Source: Anaerolineae bacterium
Lineage (GTDB): Bacteria; Chloroflexota; Anaerolineae; Aggregatilineales; UBA2796
Direction: 5' to 3'
Assembly (NCBI GenBank): GCA_019637615.1
Contig: JAHBVJ010000003.1
Coordinates: 217,485-281,484 of the forward strand
DNA length: 64,000 nucleotides
The stretch's first letter is position 1. The number at the start of each line of letters is the position of its first letter. Position numbers and translations under genes: made by a program. Of this stretch, positions 49,761 through 58,693 are shown piece by piece. The notes beneath the pieces are model-generated. The model searched no databases. It saw nothing but the letters and a program-made list of their open reading frames with translations, and was not told the origin of the DNA.

Positions 49761-50828
49761 ATGACGGGTGAACAACCACATAAGGCGGTATCGCGGCGCA
49801 GTTTCCTGATCGCGCTGACAGGATCGGCGTTAGCGGCGTCGGCGGGGTATCAGGCAGTCACGGCACAGACGAACACACCGCACGCCGCGCCACCTTTTCC
49901 CGAAGCCGTTCCCGATAAGCAGTGGGGCATCCTCAAGTACGATCAACCCGTATTGACGCCGACGGATCGGCTGTTCACGGCGCGTTATGCTCCCGACCGC
50001 ACGCCGCAGATCGACGTGAATTTGTGGCGACTGACGATAGATGGCTTGGTCGAATCACCGTGTGCGCTGTCGCTGGCGGACATTCACGCGCTGCCGACGC
50101 TGGAAGACACGCGGGCGATGGAGTGCATCAGCAATCCGGCGGGCGGGGCGTTCATCGGCAATATCCGTGTGCAAGGGGCGGACTTCGCGGCGATCAGTGC
50201 TCGTATCGGGATCAAGCCGGAAGCGGCGCATGTGAGATTCGAGGCAGCGGATGGCTACACAACCGCCGTCACGCTTGAGCAGATGAGACGGCGTGGCGTG
50301 ATGCTGGCCTATGCAATGAATGGCGAACCGCTGACGATCGAGCGCGGGTTTCCGCTACGACTGATGATCCCCGGTGTGTACGGGCAAAAAATGCCCCGCT
50401 GGATCACGCGGATGTCCTTCATCGATCACGAGTATCTAGGCTATTGGGAGCAGCGCGGCCTATCCAATAGTGCCGAAGTACGCACCAAGGCGATCATTCA
50501 CGCGCCAACGACAGGCAGTGAGATCGTGACGGGCGAGTCCATCGTGATTCAGGGGATCGCGGTGGCGGGCACACGGACGATCACTAGCATCGAGGTGCAG
50601 ATCGATGATGGCGAGTGGTTTCCCGCTGAGATCGCCGCGTCCGAGTCGCCGTTTGCATGGCGGCAGTGGTATGTGCGCTGGAACGCACCTGCGCCCGGCG
50701 TGTACCAGATCGGCGTGCGGGCAACGGACGAAACCGGCTTCGTCCAGCATCAAGAGGCGGATCGGCGGTTGAGCGCGACCCCGAACGGCACCAGCGCGAT
50801 CCACCGCATCAGCGTGTACATAACCTGA
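49761..50828 (+). CDS. Tat-exported molybdopterin-dependent oxidoreductase (sulfite-oxidase family)
   Basis: Twin-arginine signal VSRRSFLIALTGSALAASAG; Mo-ligand cysteine context MECISNPAGG; C-terminal Ig-like dimerisation-type domain. Confidence 0.85.
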   Translation: MTGEQPHKAVSRRSFLIALTGSALAASAGYQAVTAQTNTPHAAPPFPEAVPDKQWGILKYDQPVLTPTDRLFTARYAPDRTPQIDVNLWRLTIDGLVESPCALSLADIHALPTLEDTRAMECISNPAGGAFIGNIRVQGADFAAISARIGIKPEAAHVRFEAADGYTTAVTLEQMRRRGVMLAYAMNGEPLTIERGFPLRLMIPGVYGQKMPRWITRMSFIDHEYLGYWEQRGLSNSAEVRTKAIIHAPTTGSEIVTGESIVIQGIAVAGTRTITSIEVQIDDGEWFPAEIAASESPFAWRQWYVRWNAPAPGVYQIGVRATDETGFVQHQEADRRLSATPNGTSAIHRISVYIT

Positions 50829-50830
50829 CG

Positions 50831-52369
50831 CTAGGGACAACCCGCATCAAGATTGCGGTAGATGATCAAGTCATCCACGCTGGCTAATTTTTGCAAATGC
50901 AGCGTAGTCAGGTGCGATTCCATCGTCGGATCGGACACGATGTACTTGCTGCGCGGTGGCAACTGCTGAAGATCCCAGATCAAGATCACCGAATAGCCGA
51001 TCTCCGGCGGGAGCATCAGAAAGCGCTGATCCCACGTGTTGTAGGCGAGGGCGGTGTTGCACCACGGATCGGCTTGCGGATCGTAGGTGATCACGCTGGC
51101 GGTGACCTGCTGAAAGCGCTGCAACTTCGCCATATCGGCGTGAAACGCCTCGGTTTTGGGAATGTCGGCCTGATAATTGCCGAAGAAAACGCCGACGAAT
51201 AACAGATTCGAGACGACGAGCGGCAGCAGCAAGCGTTGACGGTTGAACAGCACCAGCAGAATCAGGCTGAACAGCAGATGCATGGCGAGGTGACGGTAGT
51301 GAATCCAGTAACCGACGAAATAAATCTGGACGAAGAAGAATATGGGCACCAGATTCAGGACGTGGACGAGTGCATCACCTTGCTGATCCGCGATGACGGT
51401 CAGGTTGAGCCGTTTGCCGCGTCGCTGCCGCAGGATCAAGAAGCCGCTGATAATCACGAGGGCGATTAACTGGTAATGCAGCAGCAGTTGAAGCGAGGTG
51501 ATCCCGTCGCCGCCAAACAGCAACAGTCGTAGATTGGTCGCGACATAGCCCCATAGGACGATCAGCCCTTCTCCAAGCGATCCACGCAAAATGCCGAGGA
51601 TGTTGTTCAGCACATGCGGATAGGGCGCGGCTAGGCCACGCGACAACCACAGCATGAAGGCGATCAGCACCAGCGCACCGATGATCCGCAGCGCGACCCG
51701 CCGTCCCGATTGCAGATCGCCTGCCAGCAGGAATAGCGGCAACAGTAAAAATGACCACGAGACGCGTACCAACGCCGCGACGATCAATAGCAAGAAGATG
51801 GCTAGTTTGAGTCCGCGCATTGGTGAGGTGCGGTTGGTCAGCAAGTGATAAAACAAACCTGCCAGCACGATGGCAAAGCCTTGATTGAGCGATTCTTGCA
51901 TATTGATCGGGACGAAGAACAACATCGCCCAATACGTGCTGATGACCGCCAGCAACCACAGCAGACGGCGGCGATCCGGCTTGGTGAGCAGCATGAGGAT
52001 AAGCAGCGCCGTGCCAAGGATGACCATGTTGTAGATCGGGGCGGAGTTCAGCGCCCACCCGAAGATTCTCCCTAGCGTCCCGATCAGGATCGGGAAGAAC
52101 GGCCCCCATGCCGCGAAGCGCGTGAAGGTGAACGTAGCGGGCAGCTCGTGATGTGCGTAGTAGCCGCCGTTGAACCCTACTGCCTTGAACGTCTCGATCT
52201 GCCGCCAGTTGTAGATTTCGTCGGCAGAATAGGGGACGTAATCGAGCACATTACCATGCAACTGCGTGCTCACCAGCACGAATGTCAGCAGCGCTGGCGC
52301 AAGGATGATCAACAAGCCGAGCAGCAGCACGACCGCGCGGGATGAACGAGGGGATCGGGTAGTCGTCAT
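50831..52369 (-). CDS. Polytopic integral membrane protein of unknown function (possibly GT-C-like glycosyltransferase)
   Basis: 512 aa with at least 10 hydrophobic helices and a soluble C-terminal region of about 110 aa. No catalytic motif recognised. Confidence 0.65.
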   Translation of the reverse strand: MTTTRSPRSSRAVVLLLGLLIILAPALLTFVLVSTQLHGNVLDYVPYSADEIYNWRQIETFKAVGFNGGYYAHHELPATFTFTRFAAWGPFFPILIGTLGRIFGWALNSAPIYNMVILGTALLILMLLTKPDRRRLLWLLAVISTYWAMLFFVPINMQESLNQGFAIVLAGLFYHLLTNRTSPMRGLKLAIFLLLIVAALVRVSWSFLLLPLFLLAGDLQSGRRVALRIIGALVLIAFMLWLSRGLAAPYPHVLNNILGILRGSLGEGLIVLWGYVATNLRLLLFGGDGITSLQLLLHYQLIALVIISGFLILRQRRGKRLNLTVIADQQGDALVHVLNLVPIFFFVQIYFVGYWIHYRHLAMHLLFSLILLVLFNRQRLLLPLVVSNLLFVGVFFGNYQADIPKTEAFHADMAKLQRFQQVTASVITYDPQADPWCNTALAYNTWDQRFLMLPPEIGYSVILIWDLQQLPPRSKYIVSDPTMESHLTTLHLQKLASVDDLIIYRNLDAGCP

Positions 52370-52541
52370 GACAACCTATCTTGATGCCGATCAAGGTACA
52401 ACAGTCTGCCTATTGTACTAGAAAGGGGCAGCACAAATCGCATCGTGAGCGCTACAATAGCGTAACATCGGCGGCTGGCTGCAACTGCAGGTTGGTCAGG
52501 CGCGGATGACGAGAATAAGGTTCGTGCAGAAAGGATAGTTT

Positions 52542-52859
52542 ATGTTTCAGCAAACAGATTGGGTGGCGCTTGGTCAAGGCGGCAAGCGCAAGACGATTGG
52601 CGATGGCGAAAAGATGATGATTCTGGAAATCCAGTTTGAAACGGGTGGTGGTGTTCCCCCGCACAGCCATCCCCATGAACAGATCAGTTACATCGTCAGC
52701 GGCAAGATGGAATATACCGTTGAAGGCAAAGCGTTCATTTTGAGCGCGGGGCAGTCGGCGGTAGTTCCCGGCGGGATCACGCATAGCGCGACCGCCCTTG
52801 AGCCGAGCACCATTGTCGAAGCCTTCAGCCCCCCGCGCGAAGAATTCCGCCCGAAATAG
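52542..52859 (+). CDS. Cupin-domain protein
   Basis: 105 aa; cupin motif 1 GGGVPPHSHPHEQ and motif 2 PGGITHSA; AAAGGA SD. Confidence 0.8.
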   Translation: MFQQTDWVALGQGGKRKTIGDGEKMMILEIQFETGGGVPPHSHPHEQISYIVSGKMEYTVEGKAFILSAGQSAVVPGGITHSATALEPSTIVEAFSPPREEFRPK

Positions 52860-52943
52860 GTTCCGCGTTACACTCATGAGGCATAAGTGGGGTGAGGTTT
52901 TGCTCGCCCTGCTGACTCTGAAAACGAACGAATCTTTCAATTT

Positions 52944-54206
52944 ATGAATAACCGCTTGATCGCACCTCAGTCTGTGCGCCATCAGACGCTGTATCGTTGG
53001 TGGCTGCTGTTCATCACGGTTGTGCTGGCAGCGTGCCAACCCAAGCCGCCCGCGTCACCGCCTACGCTGACGCCCAATGTTGAGATCGTCACGCTGACCC
53101 CACGCCCGACGCGCCCGCCCAATCTCGGCGGGGCAGTTGACCACACCGCAGGGTCGGATAATGCCTATCTGACGATCATTTTCTACGGCGATTTTACCTG
53201 TGCGCCGTGCGTGGATGTGGCGCGCTCACTGCTGGTGCTGCGGCAGCGCTACGCGGGCGATGTTCGGGAGATTTTCCGCTCGTTCCCGCAGTCCACTAAA
53301 GAGGATGATAAAGCGATGCTGGCAGCACAGGCCGCCGAAGCCGCCAGCGATCAGGGGCGCTTCTGGGAGATGCACGATCTGTTATACGCGCAGCAAGCCA
53401 CATGGACGACATTGCCGCCGTCTGCCTTCCGCCAGAAGCTGACCGATTACGCACGACAGATTGGGGTGGCTGACCTCGTCACGTTTGACCAGACCTTGGA
53501 CAGCGGACGCTACAAAACGCTGCTTGAAGCGGCGCGACAGGAAGCGCAGTTGCAGGGCTTGAAGGGCGTGCCCGCGCTGGTCTTCAATACGCAGCGCATC
53601 AACAACGTGCCATATCGCGGACGCATTGATGAGTATTCGCTGGATGGCTATGTACGCCAACGCTTGCTAGAAAAACGCTGGTTCGACAAGCAGCCTGCAC
53701 TGCAAATCGACCTGAACAAGCATTACACTGCCACGCTGGTCACAGAAAAGGGCGACATCGTGATCGAACTGCTGGTGGATAAAGCGCCCGTCGCCGTGAA
53801 TAACTTCGTGTATCTGGCGCGGCAGGGTTGGTACGACAACATTACGTGGCATCTGGTGATCCCCGATTTTCTGGCGCAGACGGGCGATCCCAGCGGCACG
53901 GGCTACGGCTTCACTGGCTATAACATCGCAGATGAGATGGACAACGGGCTGACCTTTGACGCCCCCGGCAAAGTGGTGATGGCTCACGCGCTGCAATCGG
54001 ACGCGCCCCACAATACGAGCAGCCAGTTCTTCATCACGCTGGCGGCGCTGGAGCCGCGCGATCTGTACGATGGGCGGTACACGATCTTCGGGCAGGTGAC
54101 GCAAGGCATGGACGTGGTGCGCAAGCTGACGGCGCGCGATCCATTCACGGACGCCAACCCCCCACCGGGCGATAAGTTGATTACCATCAGAATCAAGGAG
54201 CAGTAA
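52944..54206 (+). CDS. Lipoprotein fusing a DsbA-like thioredoxin domain (CAPC) to a divergent cyclophilin-type PPIase domain
   Basis: Lipobox VLAAC (C31). FYGDFTCAPCV...GRFWEMHDLLY is the DsbA/Thioredoxin_4 pattern. GDIVIELLVDKAPVAVNNF...WHLVIPDFLAQTGDP...SQFFITL is the cyclophilin pattern. Confidence 0.85.
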   Translation: MNNRLIAPQSVRHQTLYRWWLLFITVVLAACQPKPPASPPTLTPNVEIVTLTPRPTRPPNLGGAVDHTAGSDNAYLTIIFYGDFTCAPCVDVARSLLVLRQRYAGDVREIFRSFPQSTKEDDKAMLAAQAAEAASDQGRFWEMHDLLYAQQATWTTLPPSAFRQKLTDYARQIGVADLVTFDQTLDSGRYKTLLEAARQEAQLQGLKGVPALVFNTQRINNVPYRGRIDEYSLDGYVRQRLLEKRWFDKQPALQIDLNKHYTATLVTEKGDIVIELLVDKAPVAVNNFVYLARQGWYDNITWHLVIPDFLAQTGDPSGTGYGFTGYNIADEMDNGLTFDAPGKVVMAHALQSDAPHNTSSQFFITLAALEPRDLYDGRYTIFGQVTQGMDVVRKLTARDPFTDANPPPGDKLITIRIKEQ

Positions 54207-54214
54207 AGCGACTC

Positions 54215-55117
54215 ATGAGCGTGTTTCGCTTGAAGGATTGGTGGAAGCATGGCCTACTGGCAAGCATGGGCATGGTGCTGGCGGTAGGCGGCGTGTTGGC
54301 GGCTGGCGCGTGGTATCTGCTGCGCCGACGCTCCCCCGATCCGAGCGACCCACCGACCAATTACGATCTCAGCTATCAGGAGGTCGCTTTCCATGCGCGG
54401 GATGGGGTCAAGCTGCGCGGCTGGTGGATTCCCGCGCCAAGTGGTCATGAGCCAGCGCCTACCGTAATCATGGCGCACGGGCAGGCGGGCAGCATGGACG
54501 CTGACACGGCGCAGATGGTGCCGTTGCATCAGGCGGGCTTCAACGTGTTGATGTTCGATTTCCGGGGGCATGGGCGCTCGGAAGGCAACACCGTGACGAT
54601 GGGCGTCCATGAGAAGGCTGATTTGCTCGGTGCGGTGGACTATCTGACCGACCATCACGGCTGCCAGCGAGTGGGCGTGCTCGGCTTCAGCATGGGCGCG
54701 GCGGTAGCGGTGATGGCAGCGGCGGAATCTGAACGGATCGCGGCGCTGGTGGCGGACAGCAGTTACACAACGCTGGAACATACCCTACGGCGCTGGTCGG
54801 TGCATCCGAGCGTACCTAGCCTGCTGCATGAATGGATCGTGGACAACAGCTTGACGCTGGCCTCGGTAATCACTGGTGTACCTCTGCGGGAAGCGCAGCC
54901 GATCTCGGCGGTATCGCGGTTGGCAGATCGTCCGGTGCTGTTCATTTATGGGGAGCGCGATCCCTTCGTGACGGTTGAGGAGATGCGGCAAATGAGCGCG
55001 ATCACGCGTAACGCCGAATTGTGGCTGGTGCCGGACGCCGGACATCGTGACGCTTATCACAGCGATCCTGATACATATAATCAGCGGGTGATCGGCTGGT
55101 TCAAGCGATGGCTGTGA
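54215..55117 (+). CDS. Membrane-anchored alpha/beta-fold hydrolase
   Basis: N-terminal TM; HG oxyanion region MAHGQAG; nucleophile elbow GFSMGA; C-terminal D and H (PDAGHRD). Confidence 0.85.
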   Translation: MSVFRLKDWWKHGLLASMGMVLAVGGVLAAGAWYLLRRRSPDPSDPPTNYDLSYQEVAFHARDGVKLRGWWIPAPSGHEPAPTVIMAHGQAGSMDADTAQMVPLHQAGFNVLMFDFRGHGRSEGNTVTMGVHEKADLLGAVDYLTDHHGCQRVGVLGFSMGAAVAVMAAAESERIAALVADSSYTTLEHTLRRWSVHPSVPSLLHEWIVDNSLTLASVITGVPLREAQPISAVSRLADRPVLFIYGERDPFVTVEEMRQMSAITRNAELWLVPDAGHRDAYHSDPDTYNQRVIGWFKRWL

Positions 55118-55120
55118 TCG

Positions 55121-55975
55121 TTATAGGTCGATCTTCCAGAAGGGCAAATCTTGCATGGTGCGCTGGAAGCCATAGCGAATATAGAGATTCTGTGACTGCG
55201 TGTTGGTCTCCTGCGTGTTGACGCTGACGCTAGGCAGCCCTTTGCGCATGAAGTGGTTGAGCATATGCCCGACCAACGCCCCGCCGATGCCCCGCCCTTG
55301 CAGTGCAGGCAGCACTGCCAACCGCGCCAAGTGTCCGCCATCGGTATGCTGCGTAGAAAGCTGATAGCCGACGATGCTGCCGCCGATCTCCGCGATAGTA
55401 AAGTGTGCGGCGAACCGGGAGGCTTGGCGGAGCGCGGTTTTACTCATGCGCCAGAGTGGGCCAAAGGCGGCATGATCGACTTCAACGACGGGCGCAACAT
55501 CATTCCAGTAGGCAGGGCGAATGTGAATTTCGGGGCGCAAGGACGGCGGTACGGCTTCGTGCCCATAACGGCGCAAGGTCACGATGTCTTCGCAGTAGCT
55601 GAATCCCAATGGATCGAGATATTCGGTCAGCCAGCCGCGCAGCAGTAACACGCCCATTTCATGCACGCCCGCGATGACCAACTGCGTGCGCAATGACCGC
55701 CATAAAGCCGCGATCACCTCGCCGGGATTGGCAAAATCTTCGATGGCTACCAGCCGCAACCATGCCGCGCCGCCGAGCACTTCCGAGGAAGCCATGACGC
55801 CCTGCAAGGCGTTGTTTTGCCACGCCAATAGAATTAGCGCTTCGGGGTCATCCAGCCAATCTTCGACGGTTTGCCAATCGAGATGCGTATGTACCTGTAC
55901 CGCCTCTTCGATCAGGCGCAGCGTAGCACGCCGATAGCGCCGCATGTAGGGCGTGATCTCAAACGTCAGCGTCAA
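55121..55975 (-). CDS. GNAT-family N-acetyltransferase (two-lobed)
   Basis: Acetyl-CoA motif A LAVLPALQGRGIGGALV in the C-terminal half. 4-bp overlap with the upstream MBL gene. Confidence 0.8.
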   Translation of the reverse strand: MTLTFEITPYMRRYRRATLRLIEEAVQVHTHLDWQTVEDWLDDPEALILLAWQNNALQGVMASSEVLGGAAWLRLVAIEDFANPGEVIAALWRSLRTQLVIAGVHEMGVLLLRGWLTEYLDPLGFSYCEDIVTLRRYGHEAVPPSLRPEIHIRPAYWNDVAPVVEVDHAAFGPLWRMSKTALRQASRFAAHFTIAEIGGSIVGYQLSTQHTDGGHLARLAVLPALQGRGIGGALVGHMLNHFMRKGLPSVSVNTQETNTQSQNLYIRYGFQRTMQDLPFWKIDL

Positions 55976-56673
55976 GGAGCGACCTTCGCGGCAAACGTGC
56001 GCAGCGCCGCTGCTGCCCCACCGATGATCGGATCGCCATGCCCGAAGCAGACAATATCGGTATCGAGGGCGGCGATTCGCTGGATTGACTGTTTGGCCTG
56101 CGCCATATTCACCGTCGCGACCGCCATTGGCAGACGCATTCCTAGCAGATGCATAGCCACATCACCGCAAAATAGTAGATGCTTGGCGGGATACCAGAAA
56201 GCAACTTGACCGGGACTGTGCCCGAAGACTTCCAACACCGTCAGACCGGGCAGCACTTCATCCAGCACATCGCCCTCACGGATTTCGCGCTGCACGGTTG
56301 CCGCTGCCATTTTGGTGGGCGGCATCAGACTGCCAAGCACGCGGGCAAGGCCGGTCAAACTGGCGGGAACGGGCATAGGGATGTTTTCGCCGCGCACAGG
56401 ACCGACATCATTGGGATGGACGTACACCGCCGCGTTAGTGGCTTGCTGGAGCGCCGCTAAACTGCCGATGTGATCGGGGTGAGCGTGGGTGATCAGGATG
56501 CGCTTGACATCCGTGAGCGAATGCCCGATGCTGGCAATCTCCTGTGCGATCCGTTTCACGGCGTTAGGGATGGTAGCGTCGATCACGGTCAGACCGTCGG
56601 CGCTTTCGATCACGTATACGCGCCCGACGAGTAGACCTTCGACCCAGTAGATGCCATCAGTGATTTTTTTCAA
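55972..56673 (-). CDS. MBL-fold metallo-hydrolase
   Basis: THAHPDHIG (HxHxDH), with downstream H and D ligands (GHSPG, FCGD, GHG). Confidence 0.9.
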   Translation of the reverse strand: MKKITDGIYWVEGLLVGRVYVIESADGLTVIDATIPNAVKRIAQEIASIGHSLTDVKRILITHAHPDHIGSLAALQQATNAAVYVHPNDVGPVRGENIPMPVPASLTGLARVLGSLMPPTKMAAATVQREIREGDVLDEVLPGLTVLEVFGHSPGQVAFWYPAKHLLFCGDVAMHLLGMRLPMAVATVNMAQAKQSIQRIAALDTDIVCFGHGDPIIGGAAAALRTFAAKVAP

Positions 56674-56806
56674 CAGATTTCCCTTGTCACTACAGTGTAT
56701 GTCCAGCCGCGCACTTGCATTCCGAGTCTAGCACGGATAGGCTTATGGCAACTAGTGGACTTTAACACTAACGATACTGCGGCTTGCCATACCAATTGAG
56801 GCTACG

Positions 56807-58144
56807 ATGACATCTAAACTATTTTTCCTAGATGCACGACGACGCCCGAAATTCAGGCCACCATTACCGTACCCCGAAACGATCACGCCGTTCGAGAAGA
56901 TGTCCGTCGCCGCGCTTGAATCACTGGTGGCGGGGAGCGAACCTGCCAAATCTGATTTCATGCTGCGGGCGGATTTCGGCGCGAATGCCACTGCCGTTCA
57001 AAACGATCTGACGATTTTAATCCAAGATATGTTTCCGCTGTATCGCTATGCTGACGAGCGCGCCAAATATTACCAGAACGAGTATTACAAGTTTCAATGG
57101 ATCTTACTGATCGGGTCGTTAGTGACCTCGATCATCGGTGCGATGACGATTGCCCTGAGCAATGCACAGAGCAAGGATCTTGGGAATCTGACCGACGCTC
57201 AATGGTTGGGGATCGGCAGTGTGATGGCGGGCGCAGTGATTTCGATCTTCACAGGGCGCGACCGACGCCGCAATTCGCAGTCGCGTTGGTATCTGTGGCG
57301 GCGAGTGTCCGAAGAACTGCGCCGCGTGTACTTCATGTATCTGGCCCATGTATCCCCCTTTGATGGTGAGGACTGCCGCGATATTTTGCAGGCAAAACTG
57401 CTGGATATGCGGCAGAGCGCCGACAAAATTGAACACAACTCACCAATGGATACATCGAGCACTGCCGCCGATCAGAGCGCGAGTATGGCAACGGCGAAAC
57501 CCGGCGGGCAATCCTTCCAATGGCTGCACACCAAAGAAGAATTGCAGCGTTTGTTGAGCCTGTACGTAGAACGACGCCTGAAACGCCAGAAAGACTGGTA
57601 TGGTGAGCGAATCATCGAATATGAACATAATTCGTCGTGGGTATTCGACGCCAGCCTATATTTGGCGGTGGGAACGAGCGTATTCGCGTTCATCAACACG
57701 CTGATGGGCGTGACGCCGTTGCTTTCCGTCATCATTACCCTAATGCCAGTGGTGGCGGCGTATATCGCATCGTTCGAACGCATTTATGGATGGGAACGCC
57801 AAGCGACCTTGTACTTTAGCGCCCGTCAGCGTCTGGAAAAGCATGAATTGACTATCCAGCAGCGCATCAATGACATCAAGCAGGGCGATTGGGAAGTATT
57901 GCGGGCAGTGGTGCGGGATGTTGAGGATACCTTCGATGACGAAGTGACGCAGTGGGGCAGCAAGGTGGATCAGACCAGCCGCACGCCGATCAGCAGTCAG
58001 GAGATCATCCTTGATGAACTGAAGAAGCTGAATTTGCCGCCCGAACAAAAGAAACAAATCGAGAGTATTCTGGGCAGCGAACAGCAGCCCTCCGCGCCGA
58101 CGACGGACGAGAACAAGACAGCCGACGAGAATAAACAGCCGTAG
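56807..58144 (+). CDS. Membrane protein with two tandem SLATT/DUF4231-like 2-TM modules
   Basis: 445 aa. Module 1 spans about aa 75-185: YADERAKYYQNEYYKFQW, TM, TM, then RWYLWRRVSEELRRVYFMY. Module 2 spans about aa 245-350: YVERRLKRQKDWYGERIIEYEH, TM, TM, then FERIYGWERQATLYFSARQRLE. The CDS is confident; the family call is by pattern only. Confidence 0.6.
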   Translation: MTSKLFFLDARRRPKFRPPLPYPETITPFEKMSVAALESLVAGSEPAKSDFMLRADFGANATAVQNDLTILIQDMFPLYRYADERAKYYQNEYYKFQWILLIGSLVTSIIGAMTIALSNAQSKDLGNLTDAQWLGIGSVMAGAVISIFTGRDRRRNSQSRWYLWRRVSEELRRVYFMYLAHVSPFDGEDCRDILQAKLLDMRQSADKIEHNSPMDTSSTAADQSASMATAKPGGQSFQWLHTKEELQRLLSLYVERRLKRQKDWYGERIIEYEHNSSWVFDASLYLAVGTSVFAFINTLMGVTPLLSVIITLMPVVAAYIASFERIYGWERQATLYFSARQRLEKHELTIQQRINDIKQGDWEVLRAVVRDVEDTFDDEVTQWGSKVDQTSRTPISSQEIILDELKKLNLPPEQKKQIESILGSEQQPSAPTTDENKTADENKQP

Positions 58145-58183
58145 CGGGTTTGAATAAACGGCATTTACTAAGGATACACATGC

Positions 58184-58690
58184 ATGACTGACACAGAACA
58201 TACCTCGCTCGAAGCAGTCTTCAAGATCATGGATGACATGCGCGGCAAGCTGCTGGCGCTGATCAAGGATATTCCGCTAGACACGATCATCCATACGGAT
58301 AACCACTGGCGGCTGCGTGATATTCTGGGGCATCTAGGCGCGTGGGATGAAGCCGCGATCAGGTCTATCGAGGCGTATAAGCAGGGCGGGCAATATGTCG
58401 TCCGGCATGAATTCACGGGCGAGGACACAGGTGAACAGTTCAATCAACGCGAGTATGCCCGCTACTCGGCGTGGTCGGATGCGCAGATCATGGGCTATTT
58501 CACCGAAACGCGTGAAAAACTGAAACAAACGTTGGCCTCGCTAACACCACAGCAGTGGGCGGATCAGATGCACATGCCGTGGGGACAGGGATCGCTACGG
58601 TCGCCATTCACATTGGGCGACGGGATAGCCGGACACGAAGACGAACATTACCAGCTCATCCAGCAGTGGCGGGAGGCAACCGAACAATAA
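58184..58690 (+). CDS. DinB-superfamily (DinB_2-like) protein
   Basis: 168 aa; helical-bundle His triad context ILGHLGAWDE ... IAGHEDEHYQLI; AAGGA SD. Confidence 0.75.
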   Translation: MTDTEHTSLEAVFKIMDDMRGKLLALIKDIPLDTIIHTDNHWRLRDILGHLGAWDEAAIRSIEAYKQGGQYVVRHEFTGEDTGEQFNQREYARYSAWSDAQIMGYFTETREKLKQTLASLTPQQWADQMHMPWGQGSLRSPFTLGDGIAGHEDEHYQLIQQWREATEQ

Positions 58691-58693
58691 GCC

